Assembly: GCA_025558095.1 (NCBI GenBank)
Contig: JAIVFI010000015.1
Location: 685,588-749,587 of the forward strand
Direction of reading: 5' to 3'
Source of the DNA: Hyaloraphidium curvatum SAG 235-1
Lineage: Eukaryota > Fungi > Monoblepharomycota
Length of the DNA: 64,000 nucleotides
In this document: positions 1 to 11,269 of the stretch, one piece after another
Layout of the letters: each line of letters begins with the position of its first letter
Numbering within the stretch: the first letter of the stretch is position 1
The notes under the pieces: generated by a model
Database searches by the model: none
The model's input: the letters and a program-made list of their open reading frames with translations, nothing else
Told to the model about the DNA's origin: nothing
Translations under genes and position numbers: made by a program

Positions 1-209
1 GTACGGGGAGCCGGCGAAGAAGGCAGAGATGATGGCGCACAAGACGAGCTGAGGGACTTGGAGTGAGGAGGGACGGGGAAGAGTGCGAACAAAGCAGCGG
101 ATGATTGTAATCTGAATCACAAACTTCGACAGGCATCGCAGCAACATTTCCTCCGCTTATCGAGCTTTGGAGTCCGCCCTCCATCCGGCCCACCGACGGT
201 GCATCTTCT

Positions 210-988
210 TCAGCAGGTCGTCCACTCTAACGGATGTTCGTTGGGCATCTTCAACCCCCCGGTCCGCGGCCATTGATACCAGACCAACGCTTCGCGCAAG
301 TCCTTTGCAACGCCGTGACCGTTCTCGTAGCACAGTCCGAGATTGTACTGGGGCTCTTCAAAGCCTTGATCTGCCGCCAGCGTGAACCAGGGCACAGCTT
401 CCTCGAGATCCTTGACCACGCCGCTCCCGTCCCGATACTTCTCGCCGATGGTATTCTGAGCGAAGTCATCGCCTTGCAGAGCAGACAGCCAATAGTACCA
501 TGCCGCCGCGTAGAGATCCTTGGGAATGCCTCGGCCTTCTTCGTCCGCGGAGCCCAGATTGAACTGCACATCCATGTTGCCCTGATCGGCCGCAGCTTGG
601 AACCACCACGCAGCTTCGTATGGGTCCTCCGGAACGCCTTTGCCGTCATTCAGCAGCTCTCCGAAGTTGTTCTGCGCCTCGGCAAGTCCTTGCCATGCTG
701 CTGCGTGGTACCAGCGTGCGGCATCCGACGCTACGCCCTGCCCGAGCTCGAAGAACTCGCCCAAACGGTTCTGCGCCGGTGCAAATCCCTGCTCTGCCGC
801 CCCGAGAAGCCAACGAGTGGCCAGGCTTGGATCGTACGCAAGCTCCTTCCCGTCCAGATGGAGGCACGCAAGTTCGTACTGCGCCGCGGCGTCTCCGGCA
901 CGGGCCCGCACTCTTCGTCCTCGTCGTTCTCATCCTCTCCCTCCGGCCGCATGATCGAAAACTTGCCCTCCGTCACACGCTCCCACAT
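210..988 (-). pseudogene. Sel1-repeat protein, apparently frameshifted
   Basis: About six Sel1 repeats (AQNRLGEFFELGQGV, AQNNFGELLNDGKGV, QYNLGLCYENGHGVAKD). The ATG segment MWERVTEG (988) is out of frame with the repeats (shift near 910), and the natural ending MAADRGVEDAQ is out of frame near 272. Confidence 0.7.
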
Positions 989-1109
989 CTCCCGCTCCTC
1001 ACGGTCGGCGCAGCGTGTCTTTACCTCGACGATATGGAAGAAGTGGCAGGAGCAGAAGCAGTGAAATGAGCAGATCCAGATCTATGCCCTGTAGACGGGA
1101 TAGTAGAGG

Positions 1110-1952
1110 CTAGCCTCCGCCGCCGAGCGCCCAGGCTAAAGTCACGGCGGACAGCATGGCGGCGCCGGCGAGCGCCAAGTCCGCCCAGGTCGACTCGAGG
1201 TCCTCTCCCTCCTCCCCGCCCTCGCCACCCTCGGGCGGCTCCTCCGGCCCGATGATGCTCTCCAAAACCGCCTTGACCTTGCCCACGGTAGTCTTAACGT
1301 CCTTAATCTCCTGCTCCGAGGCCGAAATGCCCGCCATCGTCCGTTGCTCGGCTCCCTCGACGAAGCCGCCTATACGGTCCACCATGGCCGCCCGCCGCCG
1401 CGGCTCGATGTACCCGTGTCCCCACACCGCGATCCCAATGTTGAGCAGCATCAGCGCGATGGTTGCGTAGGTGCTCATGGCGCGGATCCTGTCGCTCCAC
1501 GAGGTTTCCTCCCAAAATCGTTCCCTGAGCCCCTCTACCAGCTCCACCATCGCGTCCTCGGCGCCCTTCTGGGCTTTCCTGTAGCCGTCCCCGCGCTCCT
1601 CGACCTCCTTGGCCAGGCCGTGCTCCTGCGCATACAGCTCGGTGAACGCCTGCACGTCGTTCTGGTCCCACGTGTGGCGCCGTTGGAGCAGCGCGTTGGC
1701 GTCCCTCTGCGCCCTGGCGCGACGGCGGTGCGCGTCCTCCAGCGCCTCGTGCGAGTCACGCAGCGCGTCCCGGGCGGCCGCGTAGGCCGTTTCGGCAGTG
1801 CGGATCCGCGCCTTGAGCGCCTCGATGCGGGAGTAGCCGGTCATTTCGTTTATCGCGTTGTTGACCTTTTCGGCCGACGCCCAGGAGGAAGCGCGGCGGC
1901 ATCGCGCAAAGGGCGGCCGGCGCGCCAGGTGGAAGAGCGTCCGCGGGAGCAT
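1110..1952 (-). CDS. SHE9: Mitochondrial inner-membrane coiled-coil protein She9/Mdm33
   Basis: NEMTGYSRIEALK, LLQRRHTW..D...FTELY..EH and WSDRIRAMSTY motifs; Arg-rich presequence; two hydrophobic segments; intronless. Confidence 0.9.
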   Translation of the reverse strand: MLPRTLFHLARRPPFARCRRASSWASAEKVNNAINEMTGYSRIEALKARIRTAETAYAAARDALRDSHEALEDAHRRRARAQRDANALLQRRHTWDQNDVQAFTELYAQEHGLAKEVEERGDGYRKAQKGAEDAMVELVEGLRERFWEETSWSDRIRAMSTYATIALMLLNIGIAVWGHGYIEPRRRAAMVDRIGGFVEGAEQRTMAGISASEQEIKDVKTTVGKVKAVLESIIGPEEPPEGGEGGEEGEDLESTWADLALAGAAMLSAVTLAWALGGGG

Positions 1953-2083
1953 GGGGGCCGGAGGACGCGTGGGGGAACGGAGCGGAGGTGGCGTCGCGAT
2001 GGAGTAAACAAGCGGGATCTGGACAAGCAGCATGGGCCTTCTGATCCTCGATTGCTGCTCCGAAACAGCATTCGACTGATTAA

Positions 2084-2961
2084 CTAGTACGGCTTGTCCG
2101 GGTAGTTCTCCGCCCACACCTTCTTGACCTCGGGCGACGCCTTGACCGCCTCGCACATCTTGGCGATCTTTGGGCACGCCGCGAGCACCGCCTCTCCGTT
2201 CGGCAGCCAGTTCGTGAGCACCCAGAGGTATCCGTCGAGCGGCGACTCGCGGGCACCGAGGATCCACGGCCCGCCCTGGAACGCTTCGTCCTCAACCACC
2301 TTCCAAAGCCGCAGTATGCGCTCCGCGGCAGCATCTTTGACCCCGGCGAGCGATTCCTCGGTCTGCAGGTTCCTATGGTACGACGTGGGGCGTTTGCGGG
2401 TGCTCATTGCGACACGAGATCAGACTCACGTGTATCGTTCCTTGTAGTAGCTTCTCAAGACCGTCTCGTAGCAGTTGGCGGCCATGAAGGCGAGCCTGAA
2501 TCGGGGCAAGGGAAGCTCTTGAGCTCCTTGTCCCACTGCACGTCGACGAACAAAGCTGCTCACCAGCGGTACGCGTCGGCGCGGCCCGGCAGACCCGGAG
2601 CAGGGATCAGCTCGGCCTCGGGGTGGTTGTCCGCCAGCTGCAGGATCATGGCCGCGCTCTCTGCACCCGACGCCCGTCAACACGTTCCCCGATCCACAAG
2701 GAAGGCAGCTCCCACCCGTCATCTTGTGCCCGTCGGGGAGGATCAGCACAGGGACCTGCCGCATCGGGTTGACCTTGGCGAGCTCCGGCGGCATCGCATT
2801 GGTGTCGACGACTATCTTCTCGTACTTCGCGCCCAGCTTTTCCAGCGCCTGAGGACGCGCATCGTCACGCGTCGAGGGAGCGAGTGCCACACGAGGGTGC
2901 CCACGAGCTGGACCGGCAGCGCGCCCGTGTCGGGGGCCCAGAACAGCTTGTACGTGCCCAT
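2084..2961 (-). CDS. Glutathione S-transferase (5 exons)
   Basis: Spliced product MGTYKLFWAPDTGALPVQL/ALEKLG...VNPMRQVPVL...MT/ESAAMILQL...GPWILGARESPLDGYL with canonical GT-AG junctions. Confidence 0.88.
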
Positions 2962-3279
2962 GGTGGGAGCGGCGCGTTCAACAGTCCCGGAGAAAGGTCG
3001 GGAGTGGGCGACGCCGTTCAACAGGTCCCGGAGAATGAAAGATCGGAAGTCGACAACGCGCAGTCACAGGATGCGATGCGGTCTGCAACGACGATGGGCG
3101 TGTGGAGTTCCTCCGAGGTTCGGCCGCGCGATCGACCGATCGCGTCGCGGATCTCTGCGCCGACGCCGCCACCGGTGCCCCTGCGATTGTTATCTTAGCG
3201 ACCAACCAACCAACCAGCAAGCTAGCAGCAGCTCCTGTCTCAGGCCACGCGTGAATCCCGAGAGGTGGATCCGACTACG

Positions 3280-4185
3280 ATGGCCGCTCCGCCTACAATC
3301 CTGGCCCGGCCGCACCCGTTCCCGCTGCCTCCCCCGGGCGCAGACGGCTCCGCCCCCCCAATCGCCCTCCTCGTGGTGGACACGCAGAACGACTTCCTGC
3401 ATCCCGCCGCGCTGTCTGCTTTCCCAACTCTGGCCACGGACCCGCGTCGGATCCTCGGCCCGCTTGCTGGGCTGATGAAACACGCTTTCGAGCGCAACTG
3501 GCTCGTCGTCACCACCAAGGAATCCCATCTGCCGTCGCTGGAGGACGCTACGGGGTCCAAGAAGCTGCGGTACGAGAATGCCGGGTACCCGATCGGGATG
3601 GCACATGCGGCTCCGGCGCCTGAGGGCGCGAAGTACCTGATCAGGGGCAACTGGGGGACCCAGCTGATCCCGGAGCTCCAACTGGTCGTCGACGACATCA
3701 ACTCTGCGACGAACAACGGACATGCGGTGCTGGACATGAGCGTGCCGGACTCGCTGGCCGCGCTGCCGACGGTCCGCGCGCTGGAGCTCGGCCTGTCCTC
3801 CAGAGGCAAGGCAGCCGAAAAGCTCGGCGCGGCTTTCGACGACGTCGCATCGGCGATTGAGTCCCACGTCTCAAAGAACGGGGGTCTCCGACCGGCTCTG
3901 AACCTCTACAAGCCGGGGCAGTCAATCTTCGCCTACACGTTCCTGCACGAGCTCCTCACCCGCCTTGGAATCACCCATGTCCTGGTCACCGGGGTCACCT
4001 CCGAGTGCTGCGTGCTCGCCACCTACAGGACTGCCGGGGATCTGGGCTACTACGCTCTCCTTGTGGAAGACTGCTGCGCGGCCTTCACGGATGCCGAGCA
4101 GGCCGCCACAGTCGAGGTCGTGTGCGGCGAGAGCGGGGCGGTCGGGTGGGTAGGAACATCCGCGGACGTGATCAAGAGTACTTGA
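3280..4185 (+). CDS. Isochorismatase-family cysteine hydrolase, biuret/guanylurea hydrolase-like
   Basis: Asp-Lys-Cys triad motifs VVDTQNDF, YKPG, GVTSECCV; subfamily-like motifs ARPHPFP, TKESHLP, LIRGNWGTQLIPEL; intronless. Confidence 0.85.
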   Translation: MAAPPTILARPHPFPLPPPGADGSAPPIALLVVDTQNDFLHPAALSAFPTLATDPRRILGPLAGLMKHAFERNWLVVTTKESHLPSLEDATGSKKLRYENAGYPIGMAHAAPAPEGAKYLIRGNWGTQLIPELQLVVDDINSATNNGHAVLDMSVPDSLAALPTVRALELGLSSRGKAAEKLGAAFDDVASAIESHVSKNGGLRPALNLYKPGQSIFAYTFLHELLTRLGITHVLVTGVTSECCVLATYRTAGDLGYYALLVEDCCAAFTDAEQAATVEVVCGESGAVGWVGTSADVIKST

Positions 4186-4248
4186 TTGCCTGGATCGTGC
4201 GCAAGCCGGGCGGAGAGAGAGCGGAGAGTGCATCCATGGATTAGAAGC

Positions 4249-6831
4249 TCATTTCTCCACCAGGCTGAGCTGCAGCGCAAACTGCAGCTCCTCGTCCTCC
4301 AACTCCGCCCTGCTCCTCGCCCCCACCCTCGGCGACGCTTGCGCGGCCCTCAACCCGGGGCTCGTCGGTCCCGACATCGGCCGCAACCCGGGGCTCGTCG
4401 GGCCGGAAAGCGACGACCCCAGCTTCCACGACCTCTGCCGCCCGTTCCCGTTCCTGCTCCCCCACGACCCCACGCTCTCGTACGAGCTCGCGAGCTCATC
4501 CCCCCCGTACCGCGGATCCTCCCTCTCGTCCCATTCCTCCGGCTCGCGCTCGGGGTCGGCGCCGCCGTCGGCCATGCTCAGCATAATGGTGTAGTGAAGC
4601 AGCTCCTCTTCGGACCAGCCGCGCTCGGGGGTGAACTCGCCCTGCAGGCGGTCGGCGGCCCGGCGGTACTGCCGGTCCGAGGCGGCGTGCAGGTCGAGGT
4701 CGGTTAGGTCGGAGCGCATGTCTGCGAGAGCTGTAAAGGAAACGTGTCGGAGGCGAGGTTCTCAAAGACGACTCGGAGGTAGTTCCACCTTGTTGCTTTG
4801 GCGACCCGTAAACCCCGACGATCCTCCCCTTGGCCTTGCTCCTCTTCTTCTTCATCGCCGCCGGCTTCCTCGCCCAGCCCCCCTCGACCACGTCCCCGAA
4901 CGCCCACACCTTGACCCCTCCCCCCACCACGCCCCCCACGATCCTCCCCCTCCCTTCCGCGACCGCGAGGCAGGTCACCCCGTCCTGCCCGGCCTCGATC
5001 GCCCGCTGCACCCGCGGCGACCCCGACACGCTCAGGGACTTGAGCAGCCGCCCCGAAAGGACGGAGCGCACGTGCACGCGGCCGTCCGAGTGAGCAGAGA
5101 CGAGGAGGAGCGCGGTGGCAGCGAGGTGCGCCGTGCGCGGGCGGTCGGAGGGCAGGGCGAGGGGGAGGACCAGCCGCGGGCGGAGGGCGGCGGCGGATGC
5201 GTGCGGAGGGAGGTCGTACAGGAGGAGGGTGCCAAGGACGGTGCCGAGGGCGACCGCGGCGTGCTGCTGCCCCTTGGGTGGCGGCTTGGCGTCGGGCGCT
5301 GGGTCCGGGAGGGGGAGGTCCTCTGACGGCTCCTCGCCGGCATGGTCGCGGTCCCATGCAGCGGCCGAAAGCTCGCCTTCCGCCGTCGGAAACTCGAAGG
5401 TGCACAGCACTTCGCCCGACAGCGAGTAGATGCCGGCCCAGAGAGTGGTGGCATACAGTATCCTGCCCGAGCGCTGGTCGAGCTCCAGCGCGACAAAATC
5501 GCCCCTGTGGGGGCCGAACGTCCGCGTCGTGCCGATCGGCTGCTCGCTGGCCGATGCCAAAGGTCGGAACATGAAGCTCATGAGGTCCAAATCCCAGATC
5601 GCCACGGTACCGTCCGACAAGGCGGCCACGACGTGTCCCTTTGGGTCCACGATTAGCCTCTGAACCGTCCTCGCCGGGCGGCTCGGCGCAGATGACGGTG
5701 CCTGCTCGCCGAAAGACAGCTTCGCCACCGCTCTCCCTGGCTCGTTCCTCGCGATGCCCGAAACGTCCCATAGCAGCACCTCTGCGCCCGCCGAAGCGAC
5801 GAGGTTCGGCAGACCCCGGTCCCACGCCAGCGCCGCGGCCCTCTCGTGCGGATCCCGCCAGGCGATCGGCTCCCCCGCCGTCCCGGCGGACGTCGCGTCG
5901 AACACGGGCAGCCGGAGCGGAACGGGGGCCCCGTGGTCGTGCGAGTAGAGCACCGCGCCGCCGACCAGCCCCAAGACCGCCCTCGACCCGTCCGCGCGGA
6001 CGACGGTGCAAGGCACCTCCGTCCTGACCGAGTTCCGGTCCACCTTGCCGGTGACCAGGTCGAACCTGACCACCCGTCCGTCGCCCCACCCCACCGCACG
6101 GTCTCCCCCCGGTTCCACCCACACCCCGTCGGCCGGTCCGACCTCGGCGCCGACCCCGCGGACCTGCCCCGCGAACCCGTGCTCGAGGCTGACGCGGGCG
6201 GTGTACTCGTGCGCCCAGGTGCGGTGCAGGCGGATGTAGGGGGCGCGGGAGAAGCGCAGGGAGAGGGCGGAGAGGAAGGGGTGCGGGGAGAGGAGCAGGG
6301 CGCGGAAGCGGCGCGAGAGCGCGGGGAGCGTGTTCTGCATAACGCGGAGGAGCAGAAGTTAGAATGAGAATGAGGAATTTCGGCGACACCAAGGACCCGA
6401 GGCGGGGTTCCTCGAGTGCGGAGCATTGAGACCCAAGCCCGCCAATCCGGCCCTCCAGACCGCCAGAAACGCGTCGATCTCGCGCTTCAACAATTCATGA
6501 CCGCGATTCCTCCGTTTCCGGGACCCCAGACCGCCACCGACCGCCCCCCGCCGCGAACCGTCGCGTCCGCTCCACCCACCATGCTCCTCGGGTCCAGCCA
6601 GCCGAGCACCTGGACCAGCAGCTCGTCGGGCAGATTCAGAATGTAGCATTTGGACGGGTCCGCCTCCGTCGCCGGGAGCTTCCTCTTCGCAGCGGCGGAT
6701 TCGTCTGCGCGGCGGCGGCCGGGAGTGCCGACCGGCGGCGAGCCGTAGAAGGCCGGCGGGGAGCGCGGCGAGCCGAGCGGCGACGGGGCCGTGCGGCGGT
6801 CGCGCGGGAACGGCACGCCGCGGCCGCTCAT
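4249..6831 (-). CDS. F-box/WD40 protein with two C-terminal UIM motifs (multi-exon)
   Basis: F-box ILNLPDELLVQVLGWLD; WD-like ends (VLLWDV, DGTVAIWDL, VKVWAF); UIMs SEEELLHYTIMLSM and EDEELQFALQLSL. Confidence 0.8.
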
Positions 6832-6984
6832 TGCGGTATTCGGCTCGGAGCGCGTGTTGTTGGCAGCGAGGCCACGTGCCCGGGAGGCGGACGGAGCGCG
6901 CCCCAATCTGCGAATCCGCGACCACAACACGCAAGGGGGCTTCGTCAGATGCTGAATGCCGGGACACCCCTGTCACCGGCTATG

Positions 6985-8091
6985 TCAAGACAAGAGAAGC
7001 ATCTCCGCGCCGGCCCACCACTGCCTCAGCCTTGCCTTTGCCGACCGGCGCAACGCCTCGGCCCACCCGACGCGCTCCTTCCCTCTTTCGGGATCCGTCC
7101 AGTCGTAGTACCACCCCGCTTCCGCCCTCCACACGCGCGCAAAGTAACCCAGCACCTGCGTGTTGGCCAGCTTCCTGGTGGTCCCCCGCTCCCGGAGCTG
7201 CTCGTCCAGCACACGCGACGAGGTGACGTCGGCCGACTTGCCCGAGGGCAACGGGACCACGTAGCGGGGGACGTCCAGCGCGGCCAGGTGCCCCGACATC
7301 CAGACGTCGTCGACCAGGCCGGCCAGCGCGGGGATCGAGGGGTCCGGGCGCAGGAGTGAGAGGAGGCCTTTCCGGCCCGCGAGCGGGTCGGTCCCGTTCG
7401 AGCAGAACCAGGCGGGGTCGACGAGGTACCCCTCGTTCGCCGTCACCACGCCGACCCGGTACGGCGCGGCCAGCTCCGCCCCCTGCACCACGCAGCGCGA
7501 ATACGGGCATCCCCACGAAAAGTCCGCGTTGGTCCTCCATCCGCGGTGCGCGACGGCCACACCCGCCGGATGGCGGGCGAGCAGAACGCGGCGCCAGCGC
7601 AGCAGGTTGGCGAGCAGGTCCGGCGTGTAGTAGTGGTCGTCGTCCACCACCGCGAGGAGCTGCGGCCTCGCGCCGTCCCTGCACATCTCCCGGATCGCGT
7701 CCAGGTACTTTGCCGCCGGCCCGTCCGTGCCCACGAAGATCAGCCTGACTCCCCTGCTGCGCATCTTCAGCTGCCTCGGAACCCCGGCGCCCGCCCTCCA
7801 TTTGAACTCCTGTCCAGCCTCGCCGGTCCCGTTGCTCCCGTTCCCGTCCCAGAAGTGCCTGTCCGCCGCCGACGCGTGCACGCGGATCTCGGCCGGCGGA
7901 GCCGATTGCCGCAGCAGCGACCGCAGCGCCGCGCCGAGCTCGCGGTGGCGGACGGGCCGGGTGCCCAACGTGACGACGACGCGTTCGGGCGGGACGCGGG
8001 CCCCGGACGGTTCGGCGGGAATGGCGAGCCAGAGGGCGGCGAGGAGCAGCAAAGCGGGCACGGCGGGCCGCAGAGTCCATCTTCGTCGCAT
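6985..8091 (-). CDS. Type II membrane GT-A-fold glycosyltransferase-like protein
   Basis: N-terminal hydrophobic anchor, LRSLLRQS, DGPAAK, VVDDDHYY (DxD) and VDDVWMSGHL; intronless. Confidence 0.7.
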   Translation of the reverse strand: MRRRWTLRPAVPALLLLAALWLAIPAEPSGARVPPERVVVTLGTRPVRHRELGAALRSLLRQSAPPAEIRVHASAADRHFWDGNGSNGTGEAGQEFKWRAGAGVPRQLKMRSRGVRLIFVGTDGPAAKYLDAIREMCRDGARPQLLAVVDDDHYYTPDLLANLLRWRRVLLARHPAGVAVAHRGWRTNADFSWGCPYSRCVVQGAELAAPYRVGVVTANEGYLVDPAWFCSNGTDPLAGRKGLLSLLRPDPSIPALAGLVDDVWMSGHLAALDVPRYVVPLPSGKSADVTSSRVLDEQLRERGTTRKLANTQVLGYFARVWRAEAGWYYDWTDPERGKERVGWAEALRRSAKARLRQWWAGAEMLLLS

Positions 8092-8274
8092 CGCCGGTGT
8101 CGCGCCGGGCACGGATTCAACATGGGTGTCGACTTGAAGTGTGGGAGGCGATCCTGCTCGCGAACCGGATCCGATGCCCGACAGCTTGGGAAGCCAGAAT
8201 ATCTAACTTTTGCGCGTTCTCTGTACATTCGCGCGATCCAGCAAGGCCCATCTATCGTCCGATCCCGCCACGCT

Positions 8275-9303
8275 TTAGTGCACCTTCTCCTTGCCCTCGG
8301 GGATGGCGTGCTGCTCGTGTCCGTGGGAGTGGAGGCGCTCCTTCCATCCGAGGGCCATGTTGAAGCCCTTCTCGACCGCGATTTCGACGGGCTCGTCGAA
8401 GATGTAGGGGAGGAAGGGGACGACGGCGAGGCCGAGGACGGTGGGGCCTGGTTCGAAGAGGCGAGTTTTGATCAGAGCCGCTTCGAGCCCAATCCCGCGG
8501 CAGACCCACCCCAGCGCCTCATGACCGGGTTCGTGCTGTACTTCTTGAACGCCCAAGAGCCCAGGTGCACCGACTGGTGGATGGTGAAGGCCGGCAGCGC
8601 CATCGACGCCATGCTCTGGAACACGGCGCGCTTGACCACGATCTCCCTCAGGTCGCTCCCCGTCGTCCCCTTGTCCTTCTCCGAATACGCCGTCAGGCTG
8701 ACGTCCGTGACCACGTAGGCCCACGACACGCCGTACGACGCCTTGACGACCCACGGCGGCACGATGGGGCGGAAGGCCTCGCCGAGGTCCGACGTGTAGG
8801 CCAGGTACCGCGCCGTGGACTTGACCAGGCGGCCGAGGCGACCGATGTAGCCGAAGTAGCGGAGCTGCTGGTCCGTCAGCTCGGGGTGGTGGACCGCCTC
8901 GTCCTTGGGGCGGTGGCTGAGGTTGATCTGGCCGTCGTCCATGAGGTCCGCGACGATGTCCTTCGTCTGGATCGGGTCGCCAGGGTACGTCGTTTCCGGA
9001 GAGAGCATATGGGATCGCAGACGGCCGTCGAGGAGATCCAGGTACCGAGCGCGTCGGCGACGGGCGACGGGGAAGGAAGGAGGACGTTCAGCACAGTCCC
9101 ATGACAAAGAGCCCCAACCGGTACCGCATCCGCAACGTCCACCACTCTCCCATGCCGCTGGCGGCGTCTTCAGCGGCCCTCCAGCGCCCCCGACCCGGTC
9201 CGCACGGGGACCCTCCGCGGTTTGCAATGCCCACCTTTTCCCAGAAGCTCATGTTGGCGTAGGCATCCTTCTTCGCCTCCGGGGCCTTGCTGTCGTCCGC
9301 CAT
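8275..9303 (-). CDS. MTFP1: Mitochondrial fission process protein 1 (MTP18)
   Basis: RYLAYTSDLGEAFRPIVP, YGVSWAYV..DV, RAVFQSMASMALPAFTIH and GLAVVPFLPYIFDEPVE; first exon (MADDSK...) is tentative. Confidence 0.88.
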
Positions 9304-9631
9304 CGTCGTGTCCCGCGCCTCGTCGTCGTCCGCACTGGCGCCGCCGAGGTTTGCGTGGAGGCCGTTGGCGGAAAGGGACCCCGCGGCGGGCGGCCCGCTC
9401 TCGCCGCCGAAAGCCCTGCTGCAACCCGCACAATGCGACGCCAATCGGACACATCCGGACGCATCAGGCGACGATCTCCACTCCAAAGCTCTCATTGACC
9501 GTGCGAAGGCTAGAATAAAGACGATCGAAGCGAGTAACCCATGAACACAACCAATCGGATCCTGCCGATCCCTCAATGACCACTCTCTCCCAGCAACCTG
9601 CGTTTTTCGAATCCGCTTTCCGAGTTAAGCC

Positions 9632-10633
9632 TTAAGCGCTCTCGCCGAGCTCGATGCCCTTGGCGCCCTGGTGCCTGAGAAGGAGCCAGAAGCCGAACAG
9701 GGCCTTGGCCGAGACGTCCAGGACGGCGTAGCTGTCCCGGCGGCGTGGTCAGCCCCACATCATCCGACCCGAGCAGGCGAGAACCCACAGTCCGACCTCG
9801 TCCTCGAGCGACAGGAAGTTGCTGCCCTCGGCGAGCCCCCAGACGATCGGGTAGGCGGTCCACAGGCCGAGGGTCCAGTAGGCGAGCTGGTCGAACAGGG
9901 CGCCGGTCTCGGCCGAGGCGCGGGCGGCGGCGGCGCGGACGGGGCCGAGAAGCTCGATGAGGAGGCCGACGAAGGCGATGCAGCCCATGGCGAAGTAGCC
10001 CCACTTGAGCGAGTCGGTGACGAGGCCGCCTGGAAGTGCGATCGATGAGCGCGAATCAAAAGAGGGAGGTGTGGACCTTACCGAAGAGACCGGTGACGAC
10101 CATGACGACGTCCAGGAAGATGATGAAGACGATGCGGGTGGTGTCGGCGCCGGCGAGGACCAGGAGGTCGAGCAGGAGCAGGGGGGTGGTCAGGGCCCAG
10201 TCGATGTAGCTGAATGGTTCGGCAAGGGGGGCATAATCAGGTGCGACAGCGTTAAAAACGCGATAATGACTAACCGAGCGTAGTAGAAGGGACGTCCGTC
10301 GACCTTGACGACGCCGAAGTCACCGGCCATCGAGTAGTCTGAAGATCGGCGATACATTAGACCAATGTGGGTGGTCAGAACGCCCAGAGGACCACTCACA
10401 GGCGATCGCAGCAATCATAGTGATGGCGCCGGTGATGTAGTGGAAGTTCCTCTCGGTCGAGGGCTTGGGGACGGCCAGGAAGTAGAAGAACCCGGTGGAG
10501 CCCGACATGATGGCGAAGACCGCCCTGCAGGACGTGAGGCGCAAGGGAAGATGAAGCACGATCTCAGTGGGGATCACCACGTTGACGGCAAAAGGCCCTA
10601 CCAGAGAATCGTGTGAACGAGGTTGCCGGCCAT
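9632..10633 (-). CDS. Microbial (type 1) rhodopsin, DTD proton-pump type, ~229 aa, 6 exons
   Basis: Manual splicing gives helix C RYIDWALTTPLLLLDL, helix F WTAYPIVW and helix G EVGLYAVLDVSAK with the retinal-binding Lys; five GT-AG introns. Confidence 0.93.
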
Positions 10634-11269
10634 CGCGACGACTGGATCTGAAGAAGCAGGGGGGCCAAAACGTCAGCTGCGGCTCATGACAACAAAAGTA
10701 ACTCGAGAAAATGCCCGTGCCGGTGCCTAATGGCAGATCCGGGCCGTGTTTCGCGGCGACGCTGTGTTCCGCGGGAGACGTCTCCGGCGAAATGACATCG
10801 GCGCCCCATGGGCACCATCGGCGGCCGCGGCCCGGTGCAGAAGGTTGCTACGATGGCAAAGCACGCGCATCGGTGCTCTCCGAGGGATTCCGCGGGCGTT
10901 TGCGTGCGGGATGGGCGGCCGACGCGCCGGGCGCGTGGGAGGCGCAAGCGCGCCCGGCGCCTGCACCGCGGCGGGGGAACGCGGCCGCAGGGCGACGATC
11001 GACCCTTGCCAGCCAACGAACACGTCCGCCGGGTACTCACTCGGATGCCTCTGGTCGTGGGCGTGTGCGGATCGCGGATAGTCGACTCAGTGAAAATGGC
11101 GTTGCACCCTGAACCCGCCGGCCGCGCGGCCTGGCCTCCGCCAACATCCCACGCGTCCGGGATAACCTCACGGCAAAACATGCCAACCTATTCGACAGCA
11201 AATCGCACTTCCTTTGTCTACGAATACAAACGGGTCTTCCAAACGCCGGCCGGTCAACCGTGAGGGACC

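Noticed and set aside
1-120. Hydrophobic minus-strand peptide at the window edge (QLVLCAIISAFFAGSPY)
   Set aside because: Too short and cut by the window boundary to support a call.
1110-9303. SHE9 and MTP18 as a mitochondrial-dynamics cluster
   Set aside because: Separated by four unrelated genes; chance is sufficient.
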